Shown: positions 37,449 to 50,982, numbered from the whole stretch's first letter. The stretch is DNA of 63,477 nucleotides, filler included, from Reticulomyxa filosa (GCA_000512085.1; 23 parts of 23 records of this genome joined end to end with filler, not necessarily neighbours in it), one strand, 5' to 3'. The notes: generated from the sequence alone by a model not told the origin. Made by a program: numbers and translations.

Positions 37449-38270
37449 ATGGAATTACAAAAGATGTCTTTCGTAAAGTTGGCAGCAAGCTTTGTGGCAG
37501 GAGCTGGAACGACAGTTGCGTTTTTGCGTTACGGCAAAAATTCTCAATGGATAAAACGTGGTTTAACAACAGAAGGAAGTGCAAGAAATGGGACGATGGT
37601 CGGAACAGATACTAAAATAACTGATACAAGATTCCGAGATTATTTAAATCAAAAAGGAAATCGTGAAATTAAAGCATTTGAAGAAATAACGAAAGAAACA
37701 AAAATAAGATTTCCAAAAGAAGCAATAATGGTAACAGACTTAGCACAATTATATTTTTTCCGATGGCTAATACCAGCATTAAATGTAAAAAAAGCAATAG
37801 AAGTTGGTGTATTTACAGGATCTTCTTCATTAGCGATCGCAAAAGGATTACCAAAAGACGGAAAATTAATTGCAATTGATATTAGCGATGAATATACAAA
37901 AGTTGCACGTGATTTTTGGAAAAAAGAAGGGGTAAATGGAAAAGTAGATTTACGTATTGGTAAAGGAATAGATAAATTAAAAGAATTAACAAATAATAAT
38001 TCAGAAATTGGAACATTTGATTTTGCATTTATTGATGCTTATAAGCCGGAATATAAAGATTATTACGAACTTTGTTTAAAATTATTAAAAAAAAATGGTA
38101 TTATGTGTGTTGATAATACTTTATGGGATAATAAAGTTTTTGACCCTTCTAATCAAGAAAGCAATACCATTTTTATTCGTCAATTTAATGAAATGGTTAA
38201 AAATGATTCAAGAGTTGACATTGCTTTATCAAGTATTGGTGATGGTGTTACATTTATTCGAAAATTATGA
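37449..38270 (+). CDS. SAM-dependent O-methyltransferase (CCoAOMT/COMTD1-like), intronless
   Basis: KKAIEVGVFTGSSSL..GKLIAID..GTFDFAFIDAYKPEYKDYYELCLKLL..VDNTLW..IGDGVT, with an N-terminal targeting-like extension. Confidence 0.93.
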   Translation: MELQKMSFVKLAASFVAGAGTTVAFLRYGKNSQWIKRGLTTEGSARNGTMVGTDTKITDTRFRDYLNQKGNREIKAFEEITKETKIRFPKEAIMVTDLAQLYFFRWLIPALNVKKAIEVGVFTGSSSLAIAKGLPKDGKLIAIDISDEYTKVARDFWKKEGVNGKVDLRIGKGIDKLKELTNNNSEIGTFDFAFIDAYKPEYKDYYELCLKLLKKNGIMCVDNTLWDNKVFDPSNQESNTIFIRQFNEMVKNDSRVDIALSSIGDGVTFIRKL

Positions 38271-38753
38271 TGTTACATAATTATTTACTTGCTTTTAAGT
38301 AAATTTCAATAGCTTCAGCTTTTTTTTAATTGAAGAAATTTGAATAACAGATAAAATTAGATAAATTAATTTGTTCTCTTTTTTGCAAGACCAATGACAT
38401 TCGCACCTGAATTTTATTCTTTTTGACTAGTAAGATCGATTCTTAAAAGAAAAATTTATTTCCAGACGGTACAACTTTAGTGGTTCAGCTCAAATAGTTT
38501 GCTCGTCCTTGGCAAATGATAAAAATCTGACAAGACTATTTGTAAAGTATGGTATATGATTATTGTCTTAATTCCTACATACATCTAAAAATTTCATGAC
38601 TCACAATTCCTTTTTTAAAATTATAAAAAAATTTAATTTTTTGTAATACAGTANNNNNNNNNNNNNNNNNNNNNNNNNNNNNNNNNNNNNNNNNNNNTTA
38701 ATTAATTAANNNNNNNNNNNNNNNNNNNNNNNNNNNNNNNNNNNNNNNNNNNN

Positions 38754-39500
38754 GACTTGGTACTTTTGCATGTCTTTCTTCGCGCATTCCATTTCGATTT
38801 CCAATCACGATCTATGCTATCATGCTCATGCTAATACTTCTTGTGTGTTTTGTAAAGCCTTTTCGAGATGCTTTCGTTACGCTCGTCGCTTTTTAGATAA
38901 TATTGTACTGATTTTTTGTTGTTTGCGATCGACGTAGTAGTCAATTGTGATGTGTGCATTGACTCAATGGTTCGACTGCTGTTCCTTCGCTTTCGATTTG
39001 ACTGCATTGTATCATTCTCATTGCCAATACCAATACACTTGCCATTGTCATCTTCGCTTTCATTATCCTTGTGATCGCTCTTCAACTTCTTGTGATGCTT
39101 GTTCTTACTATTTTTCTCTTTGATGCTCTTGTCCTCGAAACTCTTGTTTGCTTTTATTTGCATTTGTACTTGTGCATGCATTTGGATTTGCATTTGCATT
39201 TGTACTTGCATTGGCATTGATATTTACATTTGCGTTCGTATTTGCGTTCGTATTGACATTTGAAGCTACGTTTTTATTCTTTTTCCCATCGCCGAGTTTG
39301 TCAGTGTCAGGAAACTCGTGCAACGTGTCTATTTTCGTTCCAATAACAGTCATTGGCGCGTCTTGTGTTAACTCCACCGTGTGACTGATGCTTGTTCAGT
39401 CGAGCGCTGTTCTTTCCGTCGATACTTCAACTGAAAAAGGGTCAATGTCTTTTTCTCGGTTTGCGATTGCAGCAGTAGCACTGCTTTGCACCAATTCCAC
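38754..39500 (-). CDS. Low-complexity hypothetical protein exon(s)
   Basis: Coding-like composition with (NA)n peptide repeats across overlapping ORFs 39108-39377 and 38831-39217, probably joined by a frameshift. Confidence 0.45.
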
Positions 39501-39683
39501 TATTTAATTGGAGCAAAACAACAACAAAAGAATTGAGATAAAATCGAATTGAAATTAGATTGAACATATACATTATGTATATGTATATGCATATATAAAA
39601 GAATTAAGTACGATAGCAAAATTCTCCGACGCCAATGGTTCGTTTTAAGTTGTCTTTTTGCGGCTGATTGTACTCATATCAAT

Positions 39684-40479
39684 ATGAATGAAACGCCATA
39701 TTCGAACCATAAACTGTCTTATTACCAGATCTTTGTAAAAACATTGGATGAAAATCGGAAACATTTGATGTAGGACACAATTATTCGGTTTTGGACCTTA
39801 AGGAACTTATTAAAAAAAAAACAGAAACTCCAGTTGATGAGCAACGCCTTGTGTTTGCTGGAAAACCATTGGAGGACAACCGCAGCTTGAAAGATTACTG
39901 CATGAAAGAAGGATCTACGGTGCAAATGCTACAACGCTTATGTGGAGGGAATTTCACTGCTCCTGACGTGAAACAGCAAGACATGATCAAAACAGGAAAC
40001 AATAGTTTACATTTTTATACTGTCTCTCCTGGACTGAACTATGCAGTTTTGTACATCTTTTTATATGTACATATTTGGATTCTTTTTTTTTTTTGTATAC
40101 GTTTATCGATTAAGATATTTTTAAAATAAAAGGGACGTTGCGAAGAAAACACTTGCGTTGCAGGCAAAAACAGTGAATGGATAATTTGTAATCGTGGGTT
40201 TGGACAAATCCGCCCCAACGAAGATGAAGATGGAGTTCATGCCGACAAAGACAAATTTGCTGGAGTGCAATGCCCCGGATGCAAAAAAGCGTTTACTGTT
40301 GATAACTACTTTCTTTATAATTGCAACTCTTCTATTACATTCCGAAAAAAAAAGACTCGCAATTCACTGTTTTGGAAAAAAGAGTTTCTGGTAACGATGT
40401 CTGGAAGTTAGGAGGTGCTGGTGATGACACTGGAAAAGCACAATATACAACTTTAATTTTTAATATCACTCCGCTTTAA
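39684..40479 (+). CDS. Ubiquitin-like domain fused to a Cys4 domain; two single-base frameshifts
   Basis: YQIFVKTLD/GKSETFDV..VLDLKELI..EQRLVFAGKPLEDNRSLKDY..STVQMLQRLCGG, then TVSPGLNYA|GRCEENTCVA..IICNRGF..CPGCKK..FLYNC. Intron 40046-40132. Confidence 0.82.
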
Positions 40480-40922
40480 AGACCTTTTTTCACAACAGTT
40501 TCTTACTTTGTTCATTTCCAGCAAAAATTGCACATATTTTTATCTCTTCTTTATCACTTTGCGAATTTCACGTTTTTTAAAAATATATTCACTCTTTATT
40601 GAACATAACTTTTTCCAATAAAATTTCATATTTGATGCGGTTTGTTTTGAAAATTAATGAAAGAGCAAAGTAAAACAAGCTGATCTATGGACGGAATAAA
40701 CCCTTAATTTGTTTTTTTTTCATTTGCATTGCAATTTAAACTTCGCTTTAAGCATTGTTATCATAAAAAAATCCACTCCATTTTTTTTTAGATGGAAGGA
40801 AATTATTCAGACAAAAAATTTTNNNNNNNNNNNNNNNNNNNNNNNNNNNNNNNNNNNNNNNNNNNNTTAATTAATTAANNNNNNNNNNNNNNNNNNNNNN
40901 NNNNNNNNNNNNNNNNNNNNNN

Positions 40923-41224
40923 AAGGACATACAAACGAGATATATGCTGTTGAATATTTGCCATCCGAAAATGGTGGCAGTGATGCAAACATAATATGTT
41001 CTGGATCAAATGACAATACGATTCGATTTTGGGATATCCGAACTACTAAACAATTACATGAGATCAAAGGATTTGATGATGACAATGGAATATTTTCTTT
41101 TGAATTTGTGCCATTTGATCAAGATCTAAAAAATAATGAAAAAAGTAAAAAAAATACAAGTGATTGTTGTGGTTATGCTTTGTGTTATGGTTCTCGCAAT
41201 GGTTTCATTTGTGTATTAGGATAG
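40923..41224 (+). CDS. WD40-repeat gene, 3' end
   Basis: GHTNEIYAVEY..IICSGSNDNTIRFWDIRT..LCYGSRNGFICVLG*. Confidence 0.85.
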
Positions 41225-44200
41225 GTTTTTTTCTTGCATTCTTTGAAACAACAAGAAAATCAAATTATTTTTCAGAGTTAAATCAAAAATATCAAACTAA
41301 ATTTGTAGAAGTGTTTTTTCTTTTTTTAGTTTAAACCTGACAGCATAAATGTTTTCACGTCCAAATATAAGAGATTTTCCGTTGAAGCAAATGTTACAGC
41401 ATATTTGCAATGAAAAATACTATAATCATTGAAAAGAGATTATAATAAGGCTTGCCAAGTAACAACAGCAACAAAAACACGCACATAAAAAACTTTCACA
41501 CTCGAGAAATGCAGAACAAATGTAAAGAAATAAAAAAACACTAATTTATAAGAAATGCATGACATATGACAACATTACATCAACACTGTAAAATAGAAAA
41601 AAGTGTAAAAAAAAAAAGACGCATCAAGAAATTACATAGTGACTGATTTGATTTGAATGAATTGGAATTTTGCACAATTTCAAAACGGTCTTATTTGGTT
41701 TGCCTTCAATATATGTTTCAATGATATATTCGAGTCACAAAGCATAAATAATCACAAAAAATGCTTGTACTATCTCTACATGTATCATCAGATGAACGAA
41801 GTATTCTGACATTGTTCATTCCGATAAAATTATATGTCGACATAAACTTTATGTTATTGCAGTCAATGAATTGCAGCTTAAAGAATTTAGTCCAAATGAA
41901 CATTTGCATACATTGTGACAAGGAAATAATGCTGGAAAAGTTTTTGGGGTCAAGATGCAATTTGACGTTAATTAACAATAGAAGATTCGCACAATGTTGA
42001 AAGAGTTTTTAGTAAATATTTACAGTCAACAAATCAACCGACGATTATATTATTACAAGTTACGAACATTTTAAAATTTTATTTAAAAAAAATTGTTGTC
42101 ACAAACATATATATGTGTAAAGATTGCGATAGAACTAAATGTAATGTATGTCATATGCAAGTATTGCGAGAATCTTTTCTAGTTATAACAATCAATTGAT
42201 TTACTGCTGGAAAGATTGAATGTAAATATTATATATACTTCATTTAGCAATATAATAATTAAAACTATGAAATTTAATTACATAATGATTAATTATGTTT
42301 ATAATTGCATATAAAAAATTCGCAAAAACATTTAAATTTAAAAGTAGAATATGTGTGATTGTTTAGTGTGGTAAGTACATATATGTATTTTGTAATATGT
42401 ATAATTATTGGCATTTTATTTTTGCAAAAAAAGGAATGACCTTGCAAACTATGGATGATATTTTGTACATACGAAATATTCCAATTTGAATGATTTATCT
42501 TATGCTCCTGAATTAAATTAGACAACAAAAATAATTTTAGACGCAAACTGGAGTTACCATGGAATTTGGACAGTTTCTTGCCTGATAATACATTTGGTTC
42601 GTTTAAATCGGAAATTGGAGCATATATCAAAGAATGCTTTTCTCAATTTCAAAAACTACAAAGTTCTTTAAAGTTTTGTAATTTTCTCGCTTTATAATTT
42701 TTAAATTATTTATTACAATGGATTACGTCGGTTACGTAGCATAAAGTAAATGCTTTGTTTCGTTGCGTAAAGTCGGAAGGGTGACTACACAGTCTAAGAA
42801 AAGTTCAAATACTTGTAAAAAAAGGTAAATATTACATTGTGGCATCATCATTTACTGTATAATGCTAAAAAAAGATTTGGAGAAGACAGCGAAAGTTGCG
42901 CAAATATACATGACATTGCTCAGACTTTACGACTGACATCTAATCAAACTCAGTTTATGTGTACTTTATAACTACTTGAATTCTTTTGTCCAAGTCTCTT
43001 TTTTTTTATGTACCTACTTCAAAAAATTTTTTTCTTCCTAGTTGAATAAAATTTTGTTTGTTACTTAAAAAAAAAGAATAATAGAGTTGATGACATAATA
43101 AAAAGAAAAATTTGATTAGTGATGTCTGGATGCTGTTATACGAGTTATTGAAACGAGTGCATTTCTCAGCTACCAGCACAACACCATCCGACGCTACTTC
43201 CACTGTCAATAGACATAGAACCAAACTGCTTGGACTCCTTTCCAAAAAAGTTATTAATTTTTTTTTTAATAGAAGAGAAAAAAAAAAGAAATTAAGATAC
43301 AATTATGTGTTTTTTTTGTGAAGACAATCTTTGAACGTTATCACTAAAAGAGATACTGAACAAACTGCTACCATACTTAAATCCGTCTGATTGGTACTAT
43401 TCCTCGACCATGGACATGCTGTCGATAAAGCAATGCTATTTGAGTGACGAACTGAAACAGTATCGAATTCCGTCGTGTGTCGACAACAAACATTACGACT
43501 AGTCCATGCCAGACTTGATCCTCTTTCTCTTGCATCAGGTACTGCACAAAACATAGTTGTCAGAACAATCCCTTTGAGCATCTTCTAGTCGCTAAGTCGA
43601 ATCATCAAACACAACCTTGGCATCGCCAATTTTGATCAATTCGTCCACATTTGTTTAACAGTTAGATTGATTATCTTTGCATGTTTTTTTCAATAAACAT
43701 ACATGTATTTAATTTATTTAGCAATTATAACTACCGATAAACATTGAGTCACCTGCTGTATCGCGGTCGACACGTTTGGAGACATGTTTTCTGTCGAAAA
43801 GCTTGCACAAGTTGGGTGCAAGCGGGGTAATGTGCAAGTTTATATTGTACTGCATTGACAAGCGCTAGAAGTGATAACCCAATGCAGCATGATACATTAT
43901 TGCTGTTCAAACTCTGTCCAACTACTACTACAAATTGGATACTAGATGTTATAATAGACTTTGATCTAGTTACAATATGTGTTCAATATTATCATACTTT
44001 TGCGCATACTGTTGTTGTCGCTTTTGCTGTGAAATGATTGTACAGTCTCGTGACTATAGTATCGAGAATGAATTTTATCCAAACATACATACGCACATGT
44101 TGAGTGCCTTTCGATAAAATGTGTCTTGTCGACACAAAGCATCCGTTGTATCTCGAGGTGCATCTGTCGCAATGACTGAAGATCGACGACCAATTGGTGG

Positions 44201-44741
44201 ATACGTTGTTGCAATTGGCCGAGTGGTGCATTTACTCCAAGGTCCCTCCTCAGTTAAGTTCAGTATAGTGTTGGCATTTGCNNNNNNNNNNNNNNNNNNN
44301 NNNNNNNNNNNNNNNNNNNNNNNNNTTAATTAATTAANNNNNNNNNNNNNNNNNNNNNNNNNNNNNNNNNNNNNNNNNNNNAATGTTTGTTTTTCATTAA
44401 GAAAATCTATCATCTTCATAAGGCGACATTTTATGTGTTCAGTTTTTTTTGCAACATACTGTAATATGTTTACACCAAACAAATGATCAATAACTTAAGA
44501 TTTATTTAGTAGTACAATTCAAGTTGATTTAGTTTTTTGTGATATTTGGACATGAATATATACTTGATCACTTTTATATGATTAATGAATATTTAATTAA
44601 ACAGCTATATTCATTGTTATAGCATATATATACTGTTATTTACCTCAAGATAAAACGAATACTGTCACTTCAATAAAAGCCAATTGACTTATTTTTTGTT
44701 TTTAAAAGGACAATCATTTGTTCCTTTATTTGTAATTAAAG

Positions 44742-45816
44742 TTATTCCCACAATCGGATTGTTTTATCTTTAGAAGATGAAACAATAGTTTTACCGTTAG
44801 TTGAGATAGCCAATCCAAGTACGCAATCGTTGTGCCCTTCTAATTTCTGCAGTTCTCTTCCAGTTTTTGCATTCCATATTCGAATGGTATTATCATAAGA
44901 ATATGATACAATCGTTTGTCCATCCGGAAAAAATTGTACTCCCTTTACCAAAGCAGAATGTCCTTTTAGTTTTTGACGTTCTTTTCCTGATTTCATTTCC
45001 CATATCCTAATAGTATTATCACCAGAACAAGACACAATATTTTCCCCATCTCTGGAAAATTGGACTTTTGCAACAATATCAGTGTGTCCTTCCAATGTAT
45101 AAACTCTTTTGCCTGAGTTCACACGCCATATCCCGATTGTTTTATCAGAAGATGCAGAAATAAGAGTTTGTCCATCTGGAGAAAATTGTACATCATTTAC
45201 ATTATCTGAATGGCCCACAAGTTTTTTTAATTCTTTCCCAGATTTTACATCCCACAATCGAATTGTATCGTCAAATGACGATGATGCAATAATTTGTCCA
45301 TTTGGTGAAAAATTAGCACATTGCACAAAATTTTCGTGGCCTTCAAATTTTCGTATTTCCTCTCCAGTCTCTGCATTCCATAAACATATTATCTTATCTG
45401 TTGCACATGACAAAATCGTCTTTCCATCCTGTGAAAAATGTGCATCAGCTAACCAACTTGAATGACCTTCCAAAACTCTAATTGCTTTTCCAGATGCTAC
45501 ATCCCACACAGTAATTTTTTGATAGGATGCAGATACAATTTTGCTTCCATCTGGTGAAAAATGTACGCTCATTACGGGATAAACATAGTTTTGAAATATC
45601 TTCAATTCTTTAAAATATTTAATCTTTTGCTGATTGAAATATGTAAAAGTTGTACATAGAAGAGTGAAAAAAAAAAGTAAAGTGACAGATAACAACAACA
45701 ACAAAAACAAACTAAACATATTCAGTGATAATTAGGCTAAGGTCATTAACCCAGCCGTGATAAAATAACAAAGATCGAAGCCAATTTTCTACAATTTGTT
45801 TTACTTCTTTTTCGGT
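44742..45816 (-). CDS. WD40-repeat protein (family type 2, about seven regular 42-aa repeats) with upstream helical exon
   Basis: Repeats LEGH..V..VQFSPDG..IVSxSxDxTIRIW. Exon 45718-45816 encodes TEKEVKQIVENWLRSLLFYHGWVNDLSLIITEY. Further 5' exons not resolved. Confidence 0.9.
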
Positions 45817-47231
45817 CTATTGTGTTAATTATATAGCTTCCAATTTAAGAAATTTATGTAATTGAAGTTTGTTGTTCTTTTTTTTTTTTGTCAACATGGC
45901 CACAAACTAGAGAAGGAATAAAATAATCATATGATCCATATACAATGCAATCTTACCAAACATAAAGCAGTACGTGGCATTTGCAATTTGCTGTTTTGAT
46001 ACATCCCTCCACATAATTTGTATGGCTCAAGGCAATGACCACAATTTCTGCCATTTGCATCAATTCCTGGATTACTCTGACAATTTTCGATACTCGTGTT
46101 CACAAGAAAATTCACCTTTCGGTATTTTGGATCATAACTTGTATTGTTTTAACCAAATTACATTTTTTTTGTTTTTTTTTTTATGTTTTGAATCGTGATT
46201 TTTTGCATATTCAAAAAAGTAGTTTTTTCTTCAATGAAGGCGCCACAATAAAAAATAAATTCTTGGTTTTGATAACAATTTTAAACAGAAAGATCTTGAA
46301 CTTCAGTTTTTTTATTGTGTTCTTGTCCTGATGTTCCATGACTTGTATAATTTGCAAAGTTATATTTGAATCAAACAAACCCATTTGATAGATTCCACAA
46401 AACATATAAAATCATTTCTTTTTTTTTTTTGAAGAGATGAATAAAAAATAAAGCAACAAATGATTGAACCTGAGAATATCTATCCAATATGTATCTGCTT
46501 GTCGAATCTTGAGAGCATGAAATCTTTGATCCCATTGTCGGATAAATTCTTTAGTTCAAAAGAAGTAAATCACAAACGAATATAACCACTTGTTGAAACA
46601 ATCGCAAACATTAACGAATCTAAATACCTGGTTGCCTCAAAGTGTCCAACTTTTTCTTGTTTTCTTCTTGTAAGCTCGATTCAGGTAACAGAGAGTAATC
46701 ACCGCCAGGCTTTGCTGTGTTTCGTTAAATTTATGTATATAAAAAACAAAAATAAGAAATGAATTCATACCTAATGTCATTCTTATTTTTTTTATTAAAC
46801 TGGTGGGTGTTTTTACAAAGAAAAACCTGATTCAAGTGTTAAGATGAAATGTTTCAGCAAAAAATTAAAGGACTTAATATTTTGTCTGGAGCCATGTGGC
46901 AGTTGAAGTGATTTCTTTCTTTTTGTGGTGCTTCGTATAATTGATAAATAGTATCAATATGCACATCACAACGTGATGATAATCGTTTCCCTCTCAAAGA
47001 AAAAACTGTAAATATCTTACTTGAATGCTTTTCTTTGATTGCCTTTTTTGGAACTTTAATAAAAATCGAGATGACAGTGTTCTACGAAAGGGGGAAGGGG
47101 ATGGAAGAGAAAAAGAAAGTGAAATCAAAAATTGACACAGGAAGTTTTAATTAGCTTAATTGCGATTGTATTCATTGAAAATTTCTTGTGATATCGTCTA
47201 AATTTCATTACATAGTGTCCCCTGATAAATC

Positions 47232-47994
47232 ATGCAGTTTGTGGTTAGAGTTGATGAAGTTTTAGGGGTGTTTGTGTTCACGTGCATAGTGGTAAGTACA
47301 GCAATGATAGCAGTGCTTGGGATTGGAATATGTCACTATTACAGCATTTATATGGTAATAAAAGACCGATCCAAGCGCCGAAAGTTGACCATTCAAAACG
47401 CTTTCAGCGTGAGTAATGGCATAGTGCAAGAGCAGACCTCTTCCACTGTCCAAGATTCACTTTTTAAGTTTCATAGATGCACGATTGTTGTTGTTATCGT
47501 TTTATAAATATTACGCACTACGTACACATACACAAATATATAAAAGTAAAATTTTTTTTTTTTTTAAAAAAAATCTTATATAATCAAAAAAAAAAAAAAA
47601 AAGCACACTACGCAAGTCGCCATTTTGGGACATTCAGCAATTGCTGGTATTTTTTGCATTGTTTGGATATTTTTGTGTGTGTTTTTGGGCAATGTTAAAT
47701 TTTTGGGGTATCGTCGTGATGAGATGCGATTTGTTCTTGACATTTTCTTACTCATTTTTCGCGCTTGCCAAAGCTTGTTTGTATAGTACATTACTCCATC
47801 GTATCCAACAAGTTTTTCAGGTTTTTTTTTTTTTTTTTTTTTTTGTTGTGTGTTTGTTGTCATTGTGTTGTGTGTTAAAACATCGTGCACGTCCCCTCCT
47901 CCCCTCTTTCCCTTTTTTTTTTTTTTTTCTCTTTTTACCGGAAAAAAGATCTGTATACGTAGCCAAAAAGGAACAATAGTACGTTAAACACTTG
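47232..47994 (+). CDS. Serpentine (7TM-like) membrane protein, N-terminal half
   Basis: TM1 VLGVFVFTCIVVSTAMIAVLGIGIC, then further hydrophobic segments ending FFALAKACLYSTLLHRIQQVF. Interrupted by introns. Confidence 0.55.
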
Positions 47995-48094
47995 NNNNNN
48001 NNNNNNNNNNNNNNNNNNNNNNNNNNNNNNNNNNNNNNTTAATTAATTAANNNNNNNNNNNNNNNNNNNNNNNNNNNNNNNNNNNNNNNNNNNN

Positions 48095-48904
48095 GCATGC
48101 AGACAAGTCTTTTCATTGTCACAATCCATCTTCACTTGGGATGAATTTTGTGTCCAGATTTCTGCATTCTATTATTGATAATTTTTGTTTTGTTTTGTTT
48201 TGTTTCATTTTTTTTTTTTGTAATAAAATTTTATCCTCAAATCTCTCCAACAAAAACAAGTAATTTTTTTTTTTTTTTTTACAAAAATATATTTATATTC
48301 GATACAAACAAAAAGGCTTAACTTGACAGGTTGAGTGATCCCCAAATAGACCACGACATTGGATATGACATCGATCACTTTCGCCGTCGCTGAAGTGGTT
48401 GATTGAACGCCCAGAGGGACAGTATATTGCGATGCTTTGGCAGGATTGATCATTGGCACAATCCACTGTTAACGATCCACTTTGCGTGGCATGGATTATT
48501 CCTCTCTCACAACTATTTTGTTCTAGACATTGCACTTTAATTCGATCATTTCTTTGTCCTAATATACGAAGTGCTTTGGCAGCACTGCTATTGTTGCTCA
48601 GAATATAAATTATTCGCTCACTTTCTGCCTCCTCCCATAGATCAACCGTCATACCTTCCCCACTCGACTTTCCGGTCAATCGAATAATTACTTGTTCCAC
48701 TGTCGGGTTAATCACTCGGTAATATAAATTGTGACAGCTATAATAGCTTGAACACGTCAACTCACATATTTTTGTACTGTCGCAAGTTAACACTTGGTTC
48801 TCGCATTCTTGCTGATCTTTGCATTCAACTGCTTTTGTTTTGAATGCTTCTCCAAATACATTTTGCACCAGTAACAATTGCAGTAAACACCACAAATAAC
48901 GCAT
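48095..48904 (-). CDS. Secreted cysteine-rich repeat protein, 3'-truncated
   Basis: Signal peptide MRYLWCLLQLLLVQNVFG and recurring Cx4-(S/E)C units (CKDQQEC, CSSYYSC, CLEQNSC, CANDQSC). Confidence 0.7.
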
Positions 48905-49289
48905 TTTCTCACAAAACGTCAACGGCAAGCGCAACAAAAAAGTGACAAAAAAAGAACAGCTGCCAAAGAAAAAGCGAAAAAATTGTAATTAACATTTTGT
49001 TGCATTGAAATATTGATAAACGTGCGTTCTGGTGACACTGAAAAAAGACCCAGTTTAAAATTTTCAGCCTAATTGAAACATATGCAAGAGCAAAGAAACA
49101 TAGCGCAAAAAATGAGCAGCTATTCTTTTGTTGTAATACAAACAAATTGGAACAACGGCACAACCGTGATATGGGGCATGGAATGGATGAGCAAATGGAT
49201 ATGCACAAAGTACTCAAATGGCACAAGCTGTTACATCAACAAAGAAGAAGGGAGGGGGAGAAAAAAAAAAGAAAATTAAAAAAATTCAA

Positions 49290-50882
49290 ATGCAAGACAA
49301 TACCGCAAATTCTTCCGATACACCTTCACCATTTAGAGAAGAGTTGGACCTTGATCACAGTCTAATTTCTCCAAATGATGATAAAAACGTTTGGGTTCCT
49401 TTCCGTGAGCGGGTGGGTAGTGTAAGCACCCCCAAGCCGCCATCGCAATTTGAAACCCAAGCCCGTGATACGCCAGGCCGTACCTTACTTCCAGCGAGCA
49501 GTAATAGTGACAGGAGTTCTCCTGCGGCGTCAACATTGAAGCCATTAGGCACAGGGAAGCCAAGTGCAACATCAAACATGGGCATGGCATCGTTTGTGAC
49601 AGTAAAGAAAACAAAAAAAGATGGGACCAAAATTCACGCCGGTTGGGATGTGAGTCAGTTTGACATAACATGGCAAGACAAAGATAACCTAGATAAGTCC
49701 CAAATAAATCCTTACGAAGAAGAAGTGTACTCAAGACTGGCATCGAAGCTTGGAAGTCTATCCAATGTATTGTTCTCTTTTTTTTTTCGGTGTTTGTCTG
49801 TGTGGAATGGACACCCTTGTCAAAACCTTTTAAAAAAAAAAAAAAAAGTATATGTATATAAATATATTTATATATACATATAATAAAGTGGAGGGGATAT
49901 AAATTTTTTTTTGTATATGGGGTGATTACTTAGATGCGTCGTGAAGACGTAGCAAACTCAGTGAAAGAAAACAAAACAAAATTGAGGGAAACATTGTCAC
50001 GAAGACTATTCACGCAAAGGCCGACACCACAACAAATCGAAAGCCGAGGAATTGTTCCTCAAGGATACTTTGATCAGGGTCATGTATGTGAAGAGTTTTT
50101 TTTTGATGATATAAAGATATATAAATACATATGTTTACATTTCTATATGCATATATGTATATATGTATATATATATTTTTTTTTTGGTATATTTTTATAT
50201 ATACATGTAATTTTTTTTTTTTGGTGGACACGTGTGGTGTATTTTTTTTTTTTTTTAAATATTGCAAAAAAAATTTTTTTTGTAACTTACGAATGGAAAC
50301 AAAATAAATGGACTGACCAATGATGAAGAAAAAAGCCCTTCGTCGACAACACCGAAGACTGTCATCGACGATGGAGAATATGAATGTGATGCTGCAAATG
50401 CGGCCGAAGCCGGAAGCGATAGTGCAACAAGGGGTGGTGGAATTGGAGGATCTCATGCAAGTATATGAGGTGAAGGACGACAGCGACAACGACGAAACCG
50501 TGATGGACGAGTCCAATCTAAACCAAGACAGCGTGTTGACAAAGAAGGAAGAGCCGCTGGCGAAACACAATGACTTTTTCAAAAAAGAGATTCCTTGGGA
50601 AATCTCTCTCACCAAATCATTGTTGTTCTTAACTGTTCGAGAGGCTTTGAAGCAATCCATGAAACAAACTGAAAATGTCGAAAAAGAAATACACGCCGCC
50701 TCATTTCAAATTTTGGAGCATGTCAATAAAATCAGAGATACTATCGATCAACTTGGCACGCAGAATGTGGTAATGATTATTGTTGTTGTTTTTTTTTTTT
50801 TTAAAAAAATATCGTATGTTTATTATTATTATTTTTTTTTACATATTAGTAAAGGAATTTGTTACAAAGTTTTTTTTTTTTT
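49290..50882 (+). CDS. RPEL-repeat (G-actin-binding) protein, 3'-truncated
   Basis: LSRRLFTQRPTPQQIESRGIV and MNVMLQMRPKPEAIVQQGVV match the RPEL consensus LxxxLxxRPxxxELxxxGI. Confidence 0.75.
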
Positions 50883-50982
50883 NNNNNNNNNNNNNNNNNN
50901 NNNNNNNNNNNNNNNNNNNNNNNNNNTTAATTAATTAANNNNNNNNNNNNNNNNNNNNNNNNNNNNNNNNNNNNNNNNNNNN

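Noticed and set aside
30278-38653. Bacterial genes integrated in the eukaryotic chromosome (HGT island)
   Set aside because: The bacterial piece is bounded by artificial spacers on both sides, so there is no evidence of linkage.
41225-43000. ncRNA or transposon in a long ORF-poor region
   Set aside because: No terminal repeats, stable stems or RNA-family motifs were seen by eye.
43000-44281. Coding-like minus-strand sequence
   Set aside because: Stops in all frames and no recognisable motif, so no product can be supported.
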